Made by a program: the position numbers and the translations under genes
Source of the DNA: Candidatus Binatia bacterium
GTDB taxonomy: Bacteria; Desulfobacterota; Binatia; UBA9968; JAJDTQ01
NCBI GenBank assembly: GCA_963666515.2
Contig: OY762897.2
Span: forward strand, 1,184,001 to 1,248,000
Direction of reading: 5' to 3'
Length of the DNA: 64,000 nt
Shown: positions 49,018 to 58,507 of the stretch, piece after piece
Layout of the letters: the number at the start of each line of letters is the position of its first letter
Numbering within the stretch: the stretch's first letter is position 1
Notes under the pieces: model-generated
Databases searched by the model: none
The model's input: only the letters and a program-made list of their open reading frames with translations
Told to the model about the DNA's origin: nothing

Positions 49018-49226
49018 GGGATCGCCGACCACGATACCCTGAGCCAATCCGGTCTCTGGTGGGCATTTTCCACAACCCGAGCGCCAAGCATATGGATCGC
49101 TATCTGGAAGAATTGGAGTGGCGCTACAGCAACCGGAAAAATGCCCACATCTTCCGGGATACCCTGGCTCGGATCATGAATACCTAGCCACTGGAGTTCT
49201 GGGATCTGGTGGCTGATTCTCCTTGA
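49018..49226 (+). pseudogene. IS1595 (ISXO2-like) transposase remnant
   Basis: GIADHDT then, in another frame, RSLVGIFHNPSAKHMDRYLEELEWRYSNR..IFRDTL with internal stop. Confidence 0.7.
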
Positions 49227-49439
49227 CATTCCCGGCCTGCCTGTCCTAACCTAGCTTCCCCGTCGCTACTATCACGCGGAGCCCGTGTGTCGGGTCATCC
49301 GCCGAATACAAGAACCCTCGCCGGTCATGGGATAGCTCCGTGCGCCTTGTTGAATACGCGGAACCATGACAATTCCGTTGTGGTAGTAGCACTGGCCCGG
49401 CAATCTCGCGGGCATGGCGCAGCAGGAAGAGGGAAGTCG

Positions 49440-50117
49440 ATGATGGTGAAACGTCTTGTATTTGGAGTGGTGGCGATCTGCCTCGCAATCGCCGGTTGCA
49501 GGACCGACGTAACCGTGGAGGTCTATTCGTCCGACCTGCGGGCCGTCACTGCTGATACCCCCCTGTCCACAGCTGGAACGATGGCTATCCAGATCCCTTC
49601 GGCCAGCGAGTGCGACAAGTATACCGCGCAGATCGTGGCAATTATGAAGGGTGTTGTGGACAAGTTCATGCCGCAGGGATGCAAGAGCGTCGGGATGGAT
49701 TCGTTCCTGATGGCGGAGATCTCTGTTCCTGTCGTCGTTGATCCAGACTGGAAGGGTGGCAATCAGCTGTTTGAACTCTTGGTGGCGGTAGCAGATGATC
49801 ATCCTGACCTGAGAGGCCGAATTGTAATAGTAGGGCTGAACCGCGACAAGTACGAGATCTTGAGCAAGCGGATGCGGAAGGAATTTCACCAGAAATTGGA
49901 CTTGGCCAAATCAAAGTTGACCATTGTTCTGCGCAACGATGAACGGCAAGACGCGAGGTTTCAGGTGGACATGGTGTTCGTCGACGGCGAGCCCAGGAAC
50001 ATGCAGACCCTTAACCTGAAGCGCAGAGGTGTGGCAAGAATCGAGCTGTCCAATGTTCATGCGGCTTTCCTCGAGAAGGAAGGCTCTACAAGTGCCTTCC
50101 TTCTCATGGCGCACTAG
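49440..50117 (+). CDS. Hypothetical lipoprotein
   Basis: MMVKRLVFGVVAICLAIAG-C lipobox; 225 aa. Confidence 0.7.
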   Translation: MMVKRLVFGVVAICLAIAGCRTDVTVEVYSSDLRAVTADTPLSTAGTMAIQIPSASECDKYTAQIVAIMKGVVDKFMPQGCKSVGMDSFLMAEISVPVVVDPDWKGGNQLFELLVAVADDHPDLRGRIVIVGLNRDKYEILSKRMRKEFHQKLDLAKSKLTIVLRNDERQDARFQVDMVFVDGEPRNMQTLNLKRRGVARIELSNVHAAFLEKEGSTSAFLLMAH

Positions 50118-50418
50118 TTCTCCGATTTTTCGCGTGCAGGTCCCGAACCTCCGCCTCGTGGTTCCCACGTGACCGCTCCGCCCCCTTGGAGAAACCTCCT
50201 TCATCCCCTCTACCGCCCGCAGGCGCTCACTTGGTTCGGGTGGACGTTGTGCCGCATGGCGATCTCCTGGATTGTCTTGTCTCCGCGCAGCGCCTCCAGG
50301 GCCGCCTCCGCCTTGAACTCCCCGCCGAACTGTCGCCGTGTGCTCATCGCGTATCCTTCCTTCATTCAGTCGGCGGAATACACCTTAGCAACCTGTCCGA
50401 TTTTCGAGGATCACCTCA
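50112..50418 (-). mobile_element. IS3 family remnant: left end plus decayed orfA
   Basis: End TGAGGTGATCCTCGAAAATCGGACAG at 50418; orfA from 50347 MSTRRQFGGEFKAEAALEALRGDKTIQEIA..VHPNQVS, frameshifted tail EAEVRDLHAKIGEL. Confidence 0.8.
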
Positions 50419-50546
50419 GTTCAATCCGCATCAGGTAACCGGCAGGAGCCGAAGATGGAGAGCGCGAGTTAACGTTTGACGATGAAGGTCGTGGGGGTGC
50501 GGGAGGCTTCGGGGTTGGCGGGCTTGGTGGCCAACCGCTTTGGGGC

Positions 50547-51053
50547 CTAGCTCGCATAGCGGTGCGCCTCCACCTTATATGCGGTATCGGCGCACCGAGC
50601 GTTCAGCCGTGGGTGGGTGGGAATATCCACAAGACTCGCCGTTTCATGGGCGGCCTTCATGATTTCACTGGCAGCAACCTGTATCGCTTCGTCGGTTGTC
50701 CCGTCTTCGGCCGCAATGCGTTGCCAAAGCAGACGAATGGCGATCTCGTGTTTCTCCATACTGGTGCAGACCACGGTCAGTTTCGCCACCGTCGTTGCGG
50801 GGTCAACAATCAGGTCAAGAACCACGACGGCACCGACTACGGCGACCAGGACCTCGGGCAGCGCGGCCCACGAAACAAGATCGACGAGGGATGCGATTGC
50901 GCCTATGCCGGACAAGGCGAGCACGGCACGAACCGCATTTCTCCAGCGGACATATCGTCCACGTAAGGCGTCGAAGTATCTGGAGACTCGGGCGATCTCC
51001 AGGAGGTCGTCCCAGACCTGGATTCTTGTCTGATCCGAAGCCATATCTCCCAT
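50547..51053 (-). CDS. Hypothetical two-TM protein (SLATT-like architecture)
   Basis: Helix ..SRYF..RY.RW, two adjacent hydrophobic helices, C-terminal helical tail. Confidence 0.6.
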   Translation of the reverse strand: MGDMASDQTRIQVWDDLLEIARVSRYFDALRGRYVRWRNAVRAVLALSGIGAIASLVDLVSWAALPEVLVAVVGAVVVLDLIVDPATTVAKLTVVCTSMEKHEIAIRLLWQRIAAEDGTTDEAIQVAASEIMKAAHETASLVDIPTHPRLNARCADTAYKVEAHRYAS

Positions 51054-51116
51054 GTACCAAACGGCGGGTGTTTGTCAATCCGCAGTCAGGTCCTCATTGA
51101 CCCCCGGGTAGACGAT

Positions 51117-51983
51117 CTATGGCTCCTGCAGGTTGGCGAGGATCTTCCGGGTGGAGAGGGAGCGGTTGAGGGTGTAGAAGTGGATGCCGGGCGCGCCTCC
51201 GTCCAGCAGCGCGCGGCACTGTCGCGTGGCGTGGTCGATGCCCACCTCGACGACCGCGTCGGCATCGCCGGATACCGCCTCGAGCTTTGCCAGCAGGGGG
51301 CCGGGGATGGCGGCGCCGCACATCTGGGTGAAGCGTTTGATCTGGGCGGTGTTGGTGACGGGCATTACGCCGGGAACGATGGGTGTGACGATACCACGGG
51401 AACGCGCCCGTGACACGAAGTCGAAGTAGTCGCGCTCGTCGAAGAAGAGTTGGGTCACGACGAAGTCGGCGCCGGCGTTGACCTTGCGCTTGAGGTTGAG
51501 CAGGTCTTCCTCCGGGCTCGGCGCCTCCGGGTGCGTCTCCGGATAGCCCGCGCCGCCGATGCAGAAGTCCTTCTGCCCGCGAATGAACGCGATAAGTTCG
51601 TTGGCGTGTGCGAATCCCTGGGGGTGTGGGACGAACTCCGTGTCGCCCCGGGGCGGGTCGCCCCTCAGCGCCATGATGTTCTCGATGCCGGCGGCCTCGT
51701 ATTCGTCGAGGAGCTGACCGATCTCTTCCCGACCGTGTCCCACGCAGGTTAGGTGGGCCATGGCCTCGATGCCGGCCTCGCGCTTGATCCTTTGGGTGAT
51801 GGCGACGGTCTTCTCGCGGGTGCTGCCTCCGGCCCCATAGGTGACCGAGACGAAAGCCGGCCCCAGCGGTTTGAGGTTGGCCACGGTGTCGAACAGGGCG
51901 TCGACGCCGCGGTCGTCCTTGGGCGGGAAGAACTCGAAGGAAAAGAGCGGGCGTTCCTGGCCGAAGCGGTCCCGGATCTTCAT
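51117..51983 (-). CDS. metF: 5,10-methylenetetrahydrofolate reductase
   Basis: SFEFFPPK, VTYGAGG, AHLTC, ALRGDPP, TQLFF, HFYTLN. Confidence 0.96.
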   Translation of the reverse strand: MKIRDRFGQERPLFSFEFFPPKDDRGVDALFDTVANLKPLGPAFVSVTYGAGGSTREKTVAITQRIKREAGIEAMAHLTCVGHGREEIGQLLDEYEAAGIENIMALRGDPPRGDTEFVPHPQGFAHANELIAFIRGQKDFCIGGAGYPETHPEAPSPEEDLLNLKRKVNAGADFVVTQLFFDERDYFDFVSRARSRGIVTPIVPGVMPVTNTAQIKRFTQMCGAAIPGPLLAKLEAVSGDADAVVEVGIDHATRQCRALLDGGAPGIHFYTLNRSLSTRKILANLQEP

Positions 51984-54202
51984 CCGCCGCCTTCCCCGCC
52001 GGCCGCGCGCAGTGAGCGCCATACCCGCTCCGGCGTGAGCGGCAGGTCGAAGATCTGGACGCCGGTAGCGTGGGCCAGGGCGCCGGTGACGGCGGGCGCC
52101 ACCGAGAAGATGCCGCCTTCGCCCATGCCCCGGCTGCCGTAGGGGCCCAAGCCGTCGCCGTTCTCCACCAGCACCGTGTGAAAGCCCCGAGGCATGTCCG
52201 AGAAGGAGGGGATGCGGTAGTCCACCAGGTTGGAGTTCACGAGCTGTCCGCCCTCGTAGATCATCTGCTCGAAGAGGGTGTGGCCGAGGCCCATCATGGC
52301 CGCGCCTTCTTCCTGGCCCTCGCACTGGACGGGGTTGATGGCCTTGCCGACGTCGGCCACCGACAGGTAGTCGGCCACCGAGACGGCGCCGGTGTCGCGG
52401 TCGATGTCCAGCTCCACCGCGCCCATGCCCACCTCCCAGACCACCGGCAGGACGTCGTTGATGATCTCGGGGCCCACCGTGCCGGTGCCGACCAGCTCGC
52501 CGGCGGCGGCCCCGAAGCGTTTCGCCAGCGCCTCGGCAAAGGTCATGCGGGCTTCCCCGCACACCAGCGCGCCGTCCATCAGCCGGATCTCGCCGGCGCG
52601 CGCGCCGAACGCCGCGGCGCCGATCTTGAGGAGCTGGCGCTTGACGTCGCGGGCGGCCTGCTGTACCGCCCGCCCCATGAGCGTGGTGGAGCGGCTGGAG
52701 CCCGTGGAGCGGTCGTAGGGCGTGATGGCAGTGTCCGCGCCCGTCATGCGGATGCGCTCCAGCGGGAGCTGCAGCTCCTCGCCCACGAACTGGGACAGCA
52801 CGGTGCGCACTCCCTGGCCCATCTCGCTGCTGCCGGCCATGATGGTGGCGGCGCCGTCTGCCTGGAGCCTTACCATGGCCACGGTGATGGGCTGGCCGCC
52901 GGCGTTGGTCATGCCGCAGGCCAGGCCCACGGGCGCCCCGGCCTTGGCCGAACGCTTCTTCCAGCGGCTGGCCCGCACCAGCCGCTTGAGCGTCACCGCC
53001 AGGTTGACATCCAGGGGGCGCAGCCCCGGACGCATCACCTCGCCGCGCTTGAGCAGGTTCCTGAGTCTCAACTCGGCCGGGTCCATGCCGAGGCTCGCGG
53101 CGATGACGTTCATCTGGCTTTCGCCGGCGAAGATCGACTGGGGGCCGCCGATGGAGCGGAAGGAGCCGGCGCCGCCGCTGTGGGTGTAGACCGCGTAGGC
53201 GTCGGTGTGAATGTGCGGGATGCGGTACGGGCCCAGCACCCGGGTGGCGGCGCGGGTGGCCACTTGGGGGCCGTTGTCCATGTAGGCCCCGGTGTCCAGG
53301 TAGATATCCGCTTCCCGCGCCATGATGATGCCGTCCTGCCGGACGCCGGTCTTCAGCCGCACCTTCGCGCTGTGCCGCCGCACCGTCAGCATGGCTTCCG
53401 CCACCGACAGGCAGACCCGCACCGGACGCCCCACCTTGCGCGAGGCCGCTACCACCAGCGGCTCGATCTTGGCGTAGGACTTGCCGCCGAAGCCGCCGCC
53501 CAGGTAGGGGACGTTGAGGCTGACCCGGCTGGCGGGGAGCCCGAAGATGCGTGCCAGTTCGGCCTGCACCAGGAACGGATGCTGCGCCGACGACCACAAC
53601 ACGATGCGGTCCCCCTGGTGGTCGGCGATGACGCCGTGGGGCTCCATCGAGTAGTGGTAGATCATGGGGAAGGTGAAGGAGTGCTCGAAGATATGCTCCG
53701 ACTGCGCGAAGCCTTCGGTCACGTCGCCGCGTCTCACCTTGTCATGGCCGCAGATGTTGCCGCCCTGGTCCTCGTGCACCAGCGGCGCGTCTGGGGCCAG
53801 CGCGGCGTCGAGTCCCACCGCGGCGGGTAGCTCCCGGTAGACTACGTCGATTTCCGCGGCCGCCTGCTCCGCGGTCAGCGGGTCCTCGGCCGCCACCACC
53901 GCCACCGGCTCGCCGGCGTAGCGGACGCGCTCCAGCGCGATGAGCGGGCGTCCGGCGTAGTGGGGATCCAGGCCCGCCACGTCGCGGCCGGTGAGCACGC
54001 CGGCCACCCCCGGCAGCTTCTCGGCCGCGGCGGCGTCGATGTCCTCGATGAGCGCGTGGGGGTACGGGCTGCGCAGCACGTGGCCGTACAGCATCCCGGG
54101 TATCTCCAGGTCCCCGGTGTACTTGGCCTGCCCCGTCACCTTGTCGACGCCGTCGACCCTGCGGGTGTTGGCGCCGACGTATTTCAGTTGACGATTCGCC
54201 AT
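51980..54202 (-). CDS. Xanthine dehydrogenase family molybdopterin-binding subunit (second, stand-alone)
   Basis: KVTGQAKY, MEPH, GGGFGGK, EMGQG, RGMGEG. Confidence 0.9.
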   Translation of the reverse strand: MANRQLKYVGANTRRVDGVDKVTGQAKYTGDLEIPGMLYGHVLRSPYPHALIEDIDAAAAEKLPGVAGVLTGRDVAGLDPHYAGRPLIALERVRYAGEPVAVVAAEDPLTAEQAAAEIDVVYRELPAAVGLDAALAPDAPLVHEDQGGNICGHDKVRRGDVTEGFAQSEHIFEHSFTFPMIYHYSMEPHGVIADHQGDRIVLWSSAQHPFLVQAELARIFGLPASRVSLNVPYLGGGFGGKSYAKIEPLVVAASRKVGRPVRVCLSVAEAMLTVRRHSAKVRLKTGVRQDGIIMAREADIYLDTGAYMDNGPQVATRAATRVLGPYRIPHIHTDAYAVYTHSGGAGSFRSIGGPQSIFAGESQMNVIAASLGMDPAELRLRNLLKRGEVMRPGLRPLDVNLAVTLKRLVRASRWKKRSAKAGAPVGLACGMTNAGGQPITVAMVRLQADGAATIMAGSSEMGQGVRTVLSQFVGEELQLPLERIRMTGADTAITPYDRSTGSSRSTTLMGRAVQQAARDVKRQLLKIGAAAFGARAGEIRLMDGALVCGEARMTFAEALAKRFGAAAGELVGTGTVGPEIINDVLPVVWEVGMGAVELDIDRDTGAVSVADYLSVADVGKAINPVQCEGQEEGAAMMGLGHTLFEQMIYEGGQLVNSNLVDYRIPSFSDMPRGFHTVLVENGDGLGPYGSRGMGEGGIFSVAPAVTGALAHATGVQIFDLPLTPERVWRSLRAAGGEGGG

Positions 54203-54226
54203 GCCGGCGCCCCTGCTCCGTCCCGC

Positions 54227-55255
54227 TCAGAAGCCGTACAAGGCCCGGGGGTTGTCGTCCAGGATCTTGGCCACCGACGCGGGGCTGACCTTGCCGTCGT
54301 CCTTGAGCTTTTCCAGCGCCAGGATCTCGCTGGAGGTGTCGTTGTGGCCGTAGTCGGTGCCGATGATGATGTTGTCGTCGCCGGTGTATTCCAGCACGTA
54401 GTCCAGGTCGTCGTCGGTCTGGCAGGCGACGAAGATGCGGCTGTCGCTGAGAAGGCTGCGGGACAGCTCGATGCCGCGCTTCTGGCGGAAGCGCTTGGCG
54501 AGGTCGTGGAACACGTAGGGGACCCACTGCGCGCTGACCTCGATGAAGCCGATGCGCAGTCTCGGGAATCGCTCCGGAACGCGGTCCCAGATCACGGAAT
54601 GGAACGAGCCCACCACCGCGAGCTTGAATTTGTTGAAGCCGGGCTCGTCGAAGAAGAGGTCGTGCTGCGTGAAGCTGCCGGTGGCCGAGTGCACGCACAG
54701 AGGCACGTTGGCGTCGCTCAGGGCCTCGTAGAGCGGGGTGAAGTAGGGGTCGCTCAGACGCCGGTCGCCGATGAGGCCGGGGACATAGACGCCGCAGGCG
54801 CCGTGCTGCAGCACGAAGTCCAGTTCCTTCAGAGACTCGTCCATGCTGCGCAGGGGCAGTATCGCCGCCCACCGGAGCCGGTCCTGGCCTGCCTTCCAGA
54901 TGTCGCACAGCCAGCGGTTGTAGCTTTTGAACAGCGCCATCTCCACCTCGGGCTTGTCAGTGACGGGACGCAGGAAGATGGTGGGGTAGAGCACCTGCAT
55001 AAGCACGCCCATCTCGTCCATGTGCCGCAGCCGGGAGGCGATGTCCGACATCTCGCGGGATTCCTCGGGAGTGTCATGGCCGACGTTGTCGGACTTGGCA
55101 AAAAGCCTTCCGTCCACCAGCCAGTACTCGCCGCTGTCTCCGGCTTCATTGGTGGAAGTCACGATCTGCGGGCGGTAGGCCTTCTCCGCCCCCTCCATGT
55201 ACTCCCAGGTCCGGTTGGTCTCCAGGACGTGCGCGTCTGCATCGATGACCGCCAT
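54227..55255 (-). CDS. Amidohydrolase_2 family protein
   Basis: IDADAHV, VLYPT, CVHS, GTDYGHND. Confidence 0.88.
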   Translation of the reverse strand: MAVIDADAHVLETNRTWEYMEGAEKAYRPQIVTSTNEAGDSGEYWLVDGRLFAKSDNVGHDTPEESREMSDIASRLRHMDEMGVLMQVLYPTIFLRPVTDKPEVEMALFKSYNRWLCDIWKAGQDRLRWAAILPLRSMDESLKELDFVLQHGACGVYVPGLIGDRRLSDPYFTPLYEALSDANVPLCVHSATGSFTQHDLFFDEPGFNKFKLAVVGSFHSVIWDRVPERFPRLRIGFIEVSAQWVPYVFHDLAKRFRQKRGIELSRSLLSDSRIFVACQTDDDLDYVLEYTGDDNIIIGTDYGHNDTSSEILALEKLKDDGKVSPASVAKILDDNPRALYGF

Positions 55256-55308
55256 GATTTGACCTCCAGTCAGATGTCGATTGAGTCCGGTTCCAGCAAT
55301 TTAGACGA

Positions 55309-56025
55309 CTACACGAGGCTCATCAACTCGTGTAGTCCGCGGATGCGCGCGGCGCCTTCGTGCCGGGTGTCGCCGTCGCGGTCCAGCAGCACGGGCCGGA
55401 CGCCGGCGCGCAGCGCTCCCTCGATGTCCGTCTCCGGGCTGTCGCCGACGTGCAATGCCTCGTCCGGCGCGATGCCGTGGCGTTCCAGCGCCAAGTGGAA
55501 GATTCCCGCGTCGGGCTTGGCGGAGCCCGCGCTGCTCGATATGAACACCGAGTCGAAGTAGTCCGCAATGCCCAGCCCGCGGATGATCTCCAGCACCCGG
55601 GAGTCGAAGTTCGAGATCATCGCCAGGATCAGGCCGCGCCCTTTCAGGGCCTCCAGCGTCGTCCGCGCGTCGTCGTAAAGCTCCCATGAGTCGGGGCGGG
55701 CGAAGTAAGCGAACAGCTCGTCGAAGTAGTCCTCGAAACGAAGGAAGGTCCCCGCGGGCTCGAACACGCGCCGCACCACGTCGCGCCACCAGGCCCGTTC
55801 CAGCGCCTTCAGCCGCGGGCCGTCCGATCCCGGAAAGGCCATGGGCGGCGCGGTGGCGAAGCAGTGGCGGAACTGCCGCGACACCTCTTCGTGGGGCACG
55901 TCCATGCCGTATCGTTGCGCCATCTCCGCATAGGTGACGGCAACGGGTTTCACGGATTCGAACAGGGTTCCGGCGGCGTCCAGGAAGACGGCCCTGGGCT
56001 TGGCGACGGGTCCGGGAGGTGTCAC
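55309..56025 (-). CDS. HAD-IA family hydrolase (REG-2-like)
   Basis: FLDAAGTL, SNFD, KPD, HVGD..DIEGA; start uncertain. Confidence 0.85.
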   Translation of the reverse strand: MTPPGPVAKPRAVFLDAAGTLFESVKPVAVTYAEMAQRYGMDVPHEEVSRQFRHCFATAPPMAFPGSDGPRLKALERAWWRDVVRRVFEPAGTFLRFEDYFDELFAYFARPDSWELYDDARTTLEALKGRGLILAMISNFDSRVLEIIRGLGIADYFDSVFISSSAGSAKPDAGIFHLALERHGIAPDEALHVGDSPETDIEGALRAGVRPVLLDRDGDTRHEGAARIRGLHELMSLV

Positions 56026-56064
56026 TTTTCGCGTATTTCCCGAGTATTGGCTATAGTTGAAGGA

Positions 56065-56892
56065 ATGGCTCGGCTTCATTATGGACCCACGGAGCAGGCT
56101 TTGTCCAGCGACGCCTGGACAGACGAGCTGGGGGCTGCGGCGGAGGCGGCGCGCGCCGCGGGCGAGATCATCGCAGGGCTCTACCGGGGCGACTACCAAG
56201 TCGAGGAGAAGTCCCGCGGCAACCCGGTCACCACCGCCGATCTCATGGCCAACCGGGCCATCCGGGAGATCCTGGCGGCGCGTTTCCCGGAAGACGCGTG
56301 GCTCTCCGAGGAAGACGCCGACGATCCCGGCAGGCTGGACCGGAGCCGTGTGTGGATCGTGGACCCCCTGGACGGCACCCGGGAGTTCATTCGCGGGGTC
56401 CCGGAGTTCTGCGTGTCCATCGGGCTTGCGGTGGACGGGCGTCCGGTGCTGGGGGTGATCTGTCACCCGCTCCGGGCCGAGCTGTTCGACGCGGTAAGGG
56501 GAGGGGGCGCCCGGCTGAACGGCGAACCGCTGGGGGTGGGCACGCCGGTGAACGGGGAACGTCCGCGCCTGCTCATCAGCCGCTCCGAGCCGCGCCGGCG
56601 CCTTGACGAACTGGCCGGGGAGTTCACGCTGGAGCCCATGGGCAGCATCGCCTACCGGCTGGCTTCGGTGGCCCGCGGGCGGGCGGACGCCACCGTGACC
56701 TTCCGCCGGGTCAAGGAATGGGACGTGTGCGCCGGCATCGTCATCGTCGAGGAGGCCGGCGGCCGTGCCGTGACCGCGCGCGGGGAGCGTCCGGCCTTCA
56801 ACCGGCCGGAGCCGGTGCTCCAGCAGCTCGTGGCCGGAAGCGAATCCTCCAGCGCCAGGATACAGTCCCTGCTGGCCCGGCTGCCGGAGTAG
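56065..56892 (+). CDS. CysQ/inositol monophosphatase family phosphatase
   Basis: PVTTAD, LSEE, WIVDPLDGTREF, EWD. Confidence 0.88.
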   Translation: MARLHYGPTEQALSSDAWTDELGAAAEAARAAGEIIAGLYRGDYQVEEKSRGNPVTTADLMANRAIREILAARFPEDAWLSEEDADDPGRLDRSRVWIVDPLDGTREFIRGVPEFCVSIGLAVDGRPVLGVICHPLRAELFDAVRGGGARLNGEPLGVGTPVNGERPRLLISRSEPRRRLDELAGEFTLEPMGSIAYRLASVARGRADATVTFRRVKEWDVCAGIVIVEEAGGRAVTARGERPAFNRPEPVLQQLVAGSESSSARIQSLLARLPE

Positions 56893-56912
56893 GAGGCCTG
56901 GAAGGCGCCGGC

Positions 56913-57242
56913 ATGGCGAGTTGCAACTACTGTGGCGAGAAGGCCGGCATCTGGGCCCGGGTCTGCAAGGAATGCCGGCGGCTGGAGGAGCAGGCTCGCG
57001 CCTATGGAGGACAGGTGGGCTTCAGCGAGCTGCTGGACCGCCTGGAGGAGACCGGAGTCCCGCCCGACAAGATCATGCGGTTCCTCAAGGCCGACCCGGA
57101 CGGTCGCGGCAGCGTGCGGGACCGCCTGACCGCGGACATGACCAACGAGCTTTTGAAGATCATGGGGATCAACGAGCGGCAGACGCCGGACGACGTGGAA
57201 CGCATCCGCAAGAGCGGCGAGAAGGTTCCCGAAACCGACTGA
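56913..57242 (+). CDS. Hypothetical protein with N-terminal CxxC..CxxC
   Basis: MASCNYC..CKEC; co-oriented within operon. Confidence 0.65.
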   Translation: MASCNYCGEKAGIWARVCKECRRLEEQARAYGGQVGFSELLDRLEETGVPPDKIMRFLKADPDGRGSVRDRLTADMTNELLKIMGINERQTPDDVERIRKSGEKVPETD

Positions 57243-57265
57243 TCTCCTCCGCATCCGCCCGAGTC

Positions 57266-57754
57266 GTGGAACTGACCCTGTACCTGTCGGCGGTCTTTCT
57301 AGCCGTGTACTTGGTGGCGTTGACGGTGCGCCGGCTGCGCTTCCGGCGCGACCGGGCGCGGATGGCGCGGGAGGCGCGGGCCGGCGGCAAGGTGGTGGCC
57401 GGAATCGACGATGTGCCCGCGGGGACGGTCAGGAAGTTCTGGCTGATCTGCGGGAAGTACCGGGTCGATTGCTTCGTGGTGAACCACCGGGGAGAGTTTC
57501 GCGCCTACGTCAACAGTTGCCGCCACATGGTGACGCCGCTGGACTTCGTCCGCTACCAGTTCTTCACCGAGGACGGCAACCACCTGATGTGCGCCACCCA
57601 CGGCGCCCTCTACGAGCCCGACACCGGCCTGTGCGTGGACGGTCCGTGCAAGGGACTCTCGCTGCACGCGCTGCCCGTGCTTGTGGACCGGGGCGAGATC
57701 GTTGTAGGTTGTCCGCCGGGGGACCTGTCGTTCCTGCGGGAGATGGCGGACTAG
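57266..57754 (+). CDS. Rieske [2Fe-2S] protein with N-terminal TM anchor
   Basis: CRH..CATHG Rieske motifs; GTG start inferred. Confidence 0.82.
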   Translation: MELTLYLSAVFLAVYLVALTVRRLRFRRDRARMAREARAGGKVVAGIDDVPAGTVRKFWLICGKYRVDCFVVNHRGEFRAYVNSCRHMVTPLDFVRYQFFTEDGNHLMCATHGALYEPDTGLCVDGPCKGLSLHALPVLVDRGEIVVGCPPGDLSFLREMAD

Positions 57755-57765
57755 CGAAGAATTTC

Positions 57766-58122
57766 ATGGCAAGACGTCCAGCAGGCAAGCGGGTCGGCCG
57801 CAGGGAAGACTTTCCCGACGGCACGAGCCGGAAATTCACGCTCCGTTGCCGCGGCCAGAGCCTCGAAGGCTTCGTCTTCGGGTTCGGGGGGGAGCTTTTC
57901 GCGTACGTGAACCGCTGCCGTCACATCCCCCTGCCCATGGATTGGCTGGACAACCAGTTCTTCTCGGTGGACGAGAAGTACGTGGTGTGCGCCAACCACG
58001 GCGCCCTCTACGAGCCCACCACGGGCGAGTGCGTGTGGGGTCCGTGCGCCGGGGCTTGGCTCAGGAAGGTGCCCCTCAAGGTCGAGGCCGGCACGGTGCG
58101 GGCGTTCTGTCCCGACGACTGA
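57766..58122 (+). CDS. Rieske [2Fe-2S] ferredoxin
   Basis: CRH..CANHG Rieske motifs. Confidence 0.85.
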   Translation: MARRPAGKRVGRREDFPDGTSRKFTLRCRGQSLEGFVFGFGGELFAYVNRCRHIPLPMDWLDNQFFSVDEKYVVCANHGALYEPTTGECVWGPCAGAWLRKVPLKVEAGTVRAFCPDD

Positions 58123-58137
58123 GGGGAGGTGACCGGA

Positions 58138-58482
58138 GTGGCCGACTGTCTGTTCTGCGGCATCGCCAGCGGAGACATCCCCGGAGACATCGTTTACCGC
58201 GACGAATCGGTGCTCGCCTTCCGGGACATCGACCCCAAGGCGCCCGTGCATCTCCTGATCATTCCCAGGAAGCACGTTGCCGGCGTCCACGAGCTGGAGG
58301 CGGAGGACGAGGAGGCCATGGGGCGCGCGATGACGGTGGCCAGGCGGCTGGCGGAGGAGCACGGCGTCTCCGAGAGCGGCTTCCGCATCGTCGTCAACAC
58401 CGGGCCGGACGCCGCCCAGAGCGTCCACCACATTCATTTGCACCTCCTCGGCGGAAGGTCGCTGGGCTGGCCGCCGGGGTGA
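58138..58482 (+). CDS. Histidine triad nucleotide-binding protein
   Basis: DCLFC, HIHLHLLGG. Confidence 0.92.
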   Translation: MADCLFCGIASGDIPGDIVYRDESVLAFRDIDPKAPVHLLIIPRKHVAGVHELEAEDEEAMGRAMTVARRLAEEHGVSESGFRIVVNTGPDAAQSVHHIHLHLLGGRSLGWPPG

Positions 58483-58507
58483 GGGAAGGGAAAGGACAAG
58501 CCAGGAC

